DNA of 64,000 bases, from positions 1,612,001 through 1,676,000 of the forward strand of contig OZ024745.1 in assembly GCA_964016885.1 (NCBI GenBank), given 5' to 3'. The number at the start of each line of letters is the position of its first letter. Positions within the stretch are counted from its first letter, which is position 1. This DNA is from Eledone cirrhosa. Taxonomy: Eukaryota. A program made the translations under genes and the position numbers. Below the pieces are notes generated by a model. It had not been told where the DNA came from, did not search any database, and was given only the letters and a program-made list of their open reading frames with translations. Below are positions 59,901 through 64,000 of the stretch, in pieces.

Positions 59901-62900
59901 ACAGACCACACCACCCAGGACACTGACATACCACACCACCCAGGACACTGACAGACGACACCACCCAAGACACTGACAGACCACACCACCCAGGACACTG
60001 ACAGACGACACCACCCAGGACACTGACAGACCACACCAACCAGGACACTGACAGACGACACCACCCAGGACACTGACAGACCACTCCACCCAGGACACTG
60101 ACAGTCCACACCACCCAGGACACTGACAGACCACACCACCCAGGACACTGACAGACCACACCACCCAGGACACTGACAGACCACACCACCCAGGACACTG
60201 ACAGACCACACCAACCAGTACACTGACAGACGACACCACCCAGGACACTGACAGACCACACCAACCAGGACACTGACAGACCACACCAACCAGGACACTG
60301 ACAGACCACACCAACCAGGACACTGACAGACCACACCACCCAGGACACTGACAGACGACACCACCCAGGACACTGACAGACCACACCACCCAGGACACTG
60401 ACAGACGACACCACCCAGGACACTGACAGACCACACCACCCAGGACACTGACAGACGACACCACCCAGGACACTGACAGACCACACCACCCAGGACACTG
60501 ACAGACGACACCAACCAGGACACTGACAGACCACACCACCCAGGACACTGACAGACGACACCACCCAGGACACTGACAGACCACACCACCCAGGACACTG
60601 AAAGACCACACCAACCAGGACACTGACAGACCACACCACCCAGGACACTGACAGACGACACCACCCAGGACACTGACAGACCACACCACCCAGGACACTG
60701 ACAGACGACACCACCCAGGACACTGACAGACGACACCCCCCAGGACACTGACAGACCACACCACCCAGGACACTGACAGACGACACCACCCAGGACACTG
60801 AAAGACCACACCACCCAGGACACTGACAGACGACACCACCCAGGACACTGACAGACCACACCACCCAGGACATTGACAGACCACACCACCCAGGACACTG
60901 ACAGACGACACCACCCAGGATACTGACAGACCACACCACCCAGGACACTGACAGACCACACCACCCAGGACACTGACAGACGACACCACACAGGACACTG
61001 ACAGACCACACCACCCAGGACACTGACAGACGACACCACCCAGGACACTGACAGACCACACCACTCAGGACACTGAAAGACGACACCACCCCGGACACTG
61101 ACAGACGACACCACCCAGGACACTGACAGACCACACCACCCAGGACACTGACAGACGACACCACCCAGGACACTGACAGACCACACCACCCAGGACACTG
61201 ACAGACCACACCACCCAGGACACTGACAGACCACACCACCCAGGACACTGACAGACGACACCACCCAGGACACTGACAGACCACACCACCCAGGACACTG
61301 ACAGACGACACCACCCAGGACACTGACAGACGACACCAACCAGGACACTGACAGACGACACCACCCAGGACACTGACAGACCACACCAACCAGGACACTG
61401 ACAGACGACACCACCCAGGACACTGACAGACCACACCACCCAGTACACTGACAGACCACACCACCCAGGACACTGACAGACGACACCACCCAGGACACTG
61501 ACAGACCACACCACCCAGGACACTAACAGACGACACCACCCAGGACACTGACAGACGACACCACCCAGGACACTGACAGACCACACCACCCAGGACACTG
61601 ACAGACGACACGACCCAGGACACTGACAGACGACACCACCCAGGACACTGACAGACGACACCACCCAGGACACTGACAGACCACACCACCCAGGACACTG
61701 ACAGACGACACCACCCAGGACACTGACAGACCACACCACCCAGGACACTGACAGACGACACCACCCAGGACACTGACAGACCACACCACCCAGGACACTG
61801 ACAGACCACACCACCCAGGACACTGACAGACGACACCACCCAGGACACTGACAGACGACACCAACCAGGACACTGACAGACGACACCACCCAGGACACTG
61901 ACAGACCACACCACCCTGGACACTGACAGACCACACCACCCAGGACACTGACAGACCACACCACCCAGGACACTGACAGACCACACCACCCAGGACACTG
62001 ACAGACCACACCACCCAGGACACTGACAGACCACACCACCCAGGACACTGACAGACCACACCACCCAGGACACTGACAGACCACACCACCCAGGACACTG
62101 ACAGACGACACCACCCAGGACACTGACAGACCACACCACCCAGGACACTGACAGACGACACCACCCAGGACACTGACAGACCACACCAACCAGGACACTG
62201 ACAGACGACACCACCCAGGACACTGAAAGACCACACCACCCAGGACACTGACAGACCACACCACCCAGGACACTGACAGACCACACCACCCAGGACACTG
62301 ACAGACCACACCACCCAGGACACTGACAGACCACACCACCCAGGACACTGACAGACCACACCAACCAGGACACTGACAGACGACACCACCCAGGACACTG
62401 ACAGACCACACCAACCAGGACACTGACAGACCACACCAACCAGGACACTGACAGACCACACCAACCAGGACACTGACAGACCACACCACCCAGGACACTG
62501 ACAGACGACACCACCCAGGACACTGACAGACCACACCACCCAGGACACTGACAGACGACACCACCCAGGACACTGACAGACCACACCACCCAGGACACTG
62601 ACAGACGACACCACCCAGGACACTGACAGACCACACGACCCAGGTCACTGACAGACAACACCACCCAGGACACTGACAGACGACACCACCCAGGACACTG
62701 ACAGACCACACCACCCAGGACACTGACAGACCACACCACCCAGGACACTGACAGACCACACCACCCAGGACACTGACAGACGACACCACCCAGGATACTG
62801 ACAGACCACACCACCCAGGACACTGACAGACCACACCACCCAGGACACTGACAGACCACACCACCCAGGACACTGACAGACCACACCACCCAGGACACTG

Positions 62901-64000
62901 ACAGACGACACCACCCAGGACACTGACAGACCACACCACCCAGGACACTGAAAGACGACACCACCCAGGACACTGACAGACGACACCACCCAGGACACTG
63001 ACAGACCACACCACCCAGGACACTGACAGACGACACCACCCAGGACACTGACAGACCACACCACCCAGGACACTGACAGACGACACCAACCAGGACACTG
63101 ACAGACCACACCACCCAGGACACTGACAGACGACACCACCCAGGACACTGACAGACCACACCACCCAGGACACTGAAAGACCACACCAACCAGGACACTG
63201 ACAGACCACACCACCCAGGACACTGACAGACGACACCACCCAGGACACTGACAGACCACACCACCCAGGACACTGACAGACGACACCACCCAGGACACTG
63301 ACAGACGACACCCCCCAGGACACTGACAGACCACACCACCCAGGACACTGACAGACGACACCACCCAGGACACTGAAAGACCACACCACCCAGGACACTG
63401 ACAGACGACACCACCCAGGACACTGACAGACCACACCACCCAGGACACTGACAGACGACACCACCCAGGACACTGACAGACGACACCACCCAGGACACTG
63501 ATAGACGACACCACCCAGGACACTGACAGACGACACCAACCAGGACACTGACAGACCACACCACCCAGGACACTGACAGACGACACCACCCAGGACACTG
63601 ACAGACCACACCACCCAGGACACTGACAGACGACACCAACCAGGACACTGACAGACGACACCACCCAGGACACTGACAGACGACACCACCCAGAACACTG
63701 ACAGACCACACCACCCAGGAGACTGACAGACGACACCACCCAGGACACTGACAGACGACACCACCCAGGACACTGACAGACGACACCAACCAGGACACTG
63801 ACAGACCACACCACCCAGGACACTGACAGACGACACCACCCAGGACACTGACAGACCACACCACCCAGGACACTGACAGACGACACCAACCAGGACACTG
63901 ACAGACGACACCACCCAGGACACTGACAGACGACACCACCCAGGACACTGACAGACCACACCACCCAGGAGACTGACAGACGACACCACCCAGGACACTG
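50929..64000. repeat. Satellite C: 25-bp tandem repeat, GACACTGACAGACSACACCAMCCAG, about 523 units
   Basis: Period 25 from 50931; only two 1-bp deletions (about 55089 and about 59217). Main variants GACCAC/GACGAC and CACCC/CAACC. Only one T per unit on the + strand. Continues past the right edge. Confidence 0.99.

Noticed and set aside
50859-63998. Minus-strand ORFs up to 2085 aa (Cys/Trp/Val/Gly-rich)
   Set aside because: All three frames give the same peptide, start calls are GTG/TTG inside the repeat, ORF ends are sporadic point variants, and variation shows no codon-position bias.
50929-64000. Telomeric repeat (TG1-3-like GGGTGGTGTGG, 25-nt unit)
   Set aside because: The G-rich strand points toward the interior, the wrong polarity for a right chromosome end, and variants are inherited in duplicated blocks, unlike telomerase products.

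Overview
Eukaryotic, non-coding, satellite-dominated window; no credible protein-coding gene, CRISPR array or rRNA. Layout: (i) 1-27992, a 34-bp tandem repeat (824 units, open at the left edge); (ii) 27993-47230, a 76-bp tandem repeat (253 units, no indels) abutting the first with no spacer; (iii) 47231-50928, a 3.7-kb island of interspersed-repeat fragments and microsatellites; (iv) 50929-64000, a 25-bp C/A-rich tandem repeat (about 523 units, open at the right edge). The island holds an inverted pair of tRNA-derived CORE-like SINEs, two related minus-strand elements embedded in (TACA)n, and a degenerate type I hammerhead-ribozyme motif of the minimal Penelope-associated kind with an upstream antisense copy of its own core. 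The giant minus-strand ORFs are artefacts of the 25-mer. The SINE type and microsatellite density suggest an invertebrate, possibly a cephalopod (inference only). I see no firm evidence of a new biological system. The best leads are the hammerhead with its antisense arm, a stranded 34-mer relic and motif sharing between satellites, and the variant-coded higher-order structure of the arrays.
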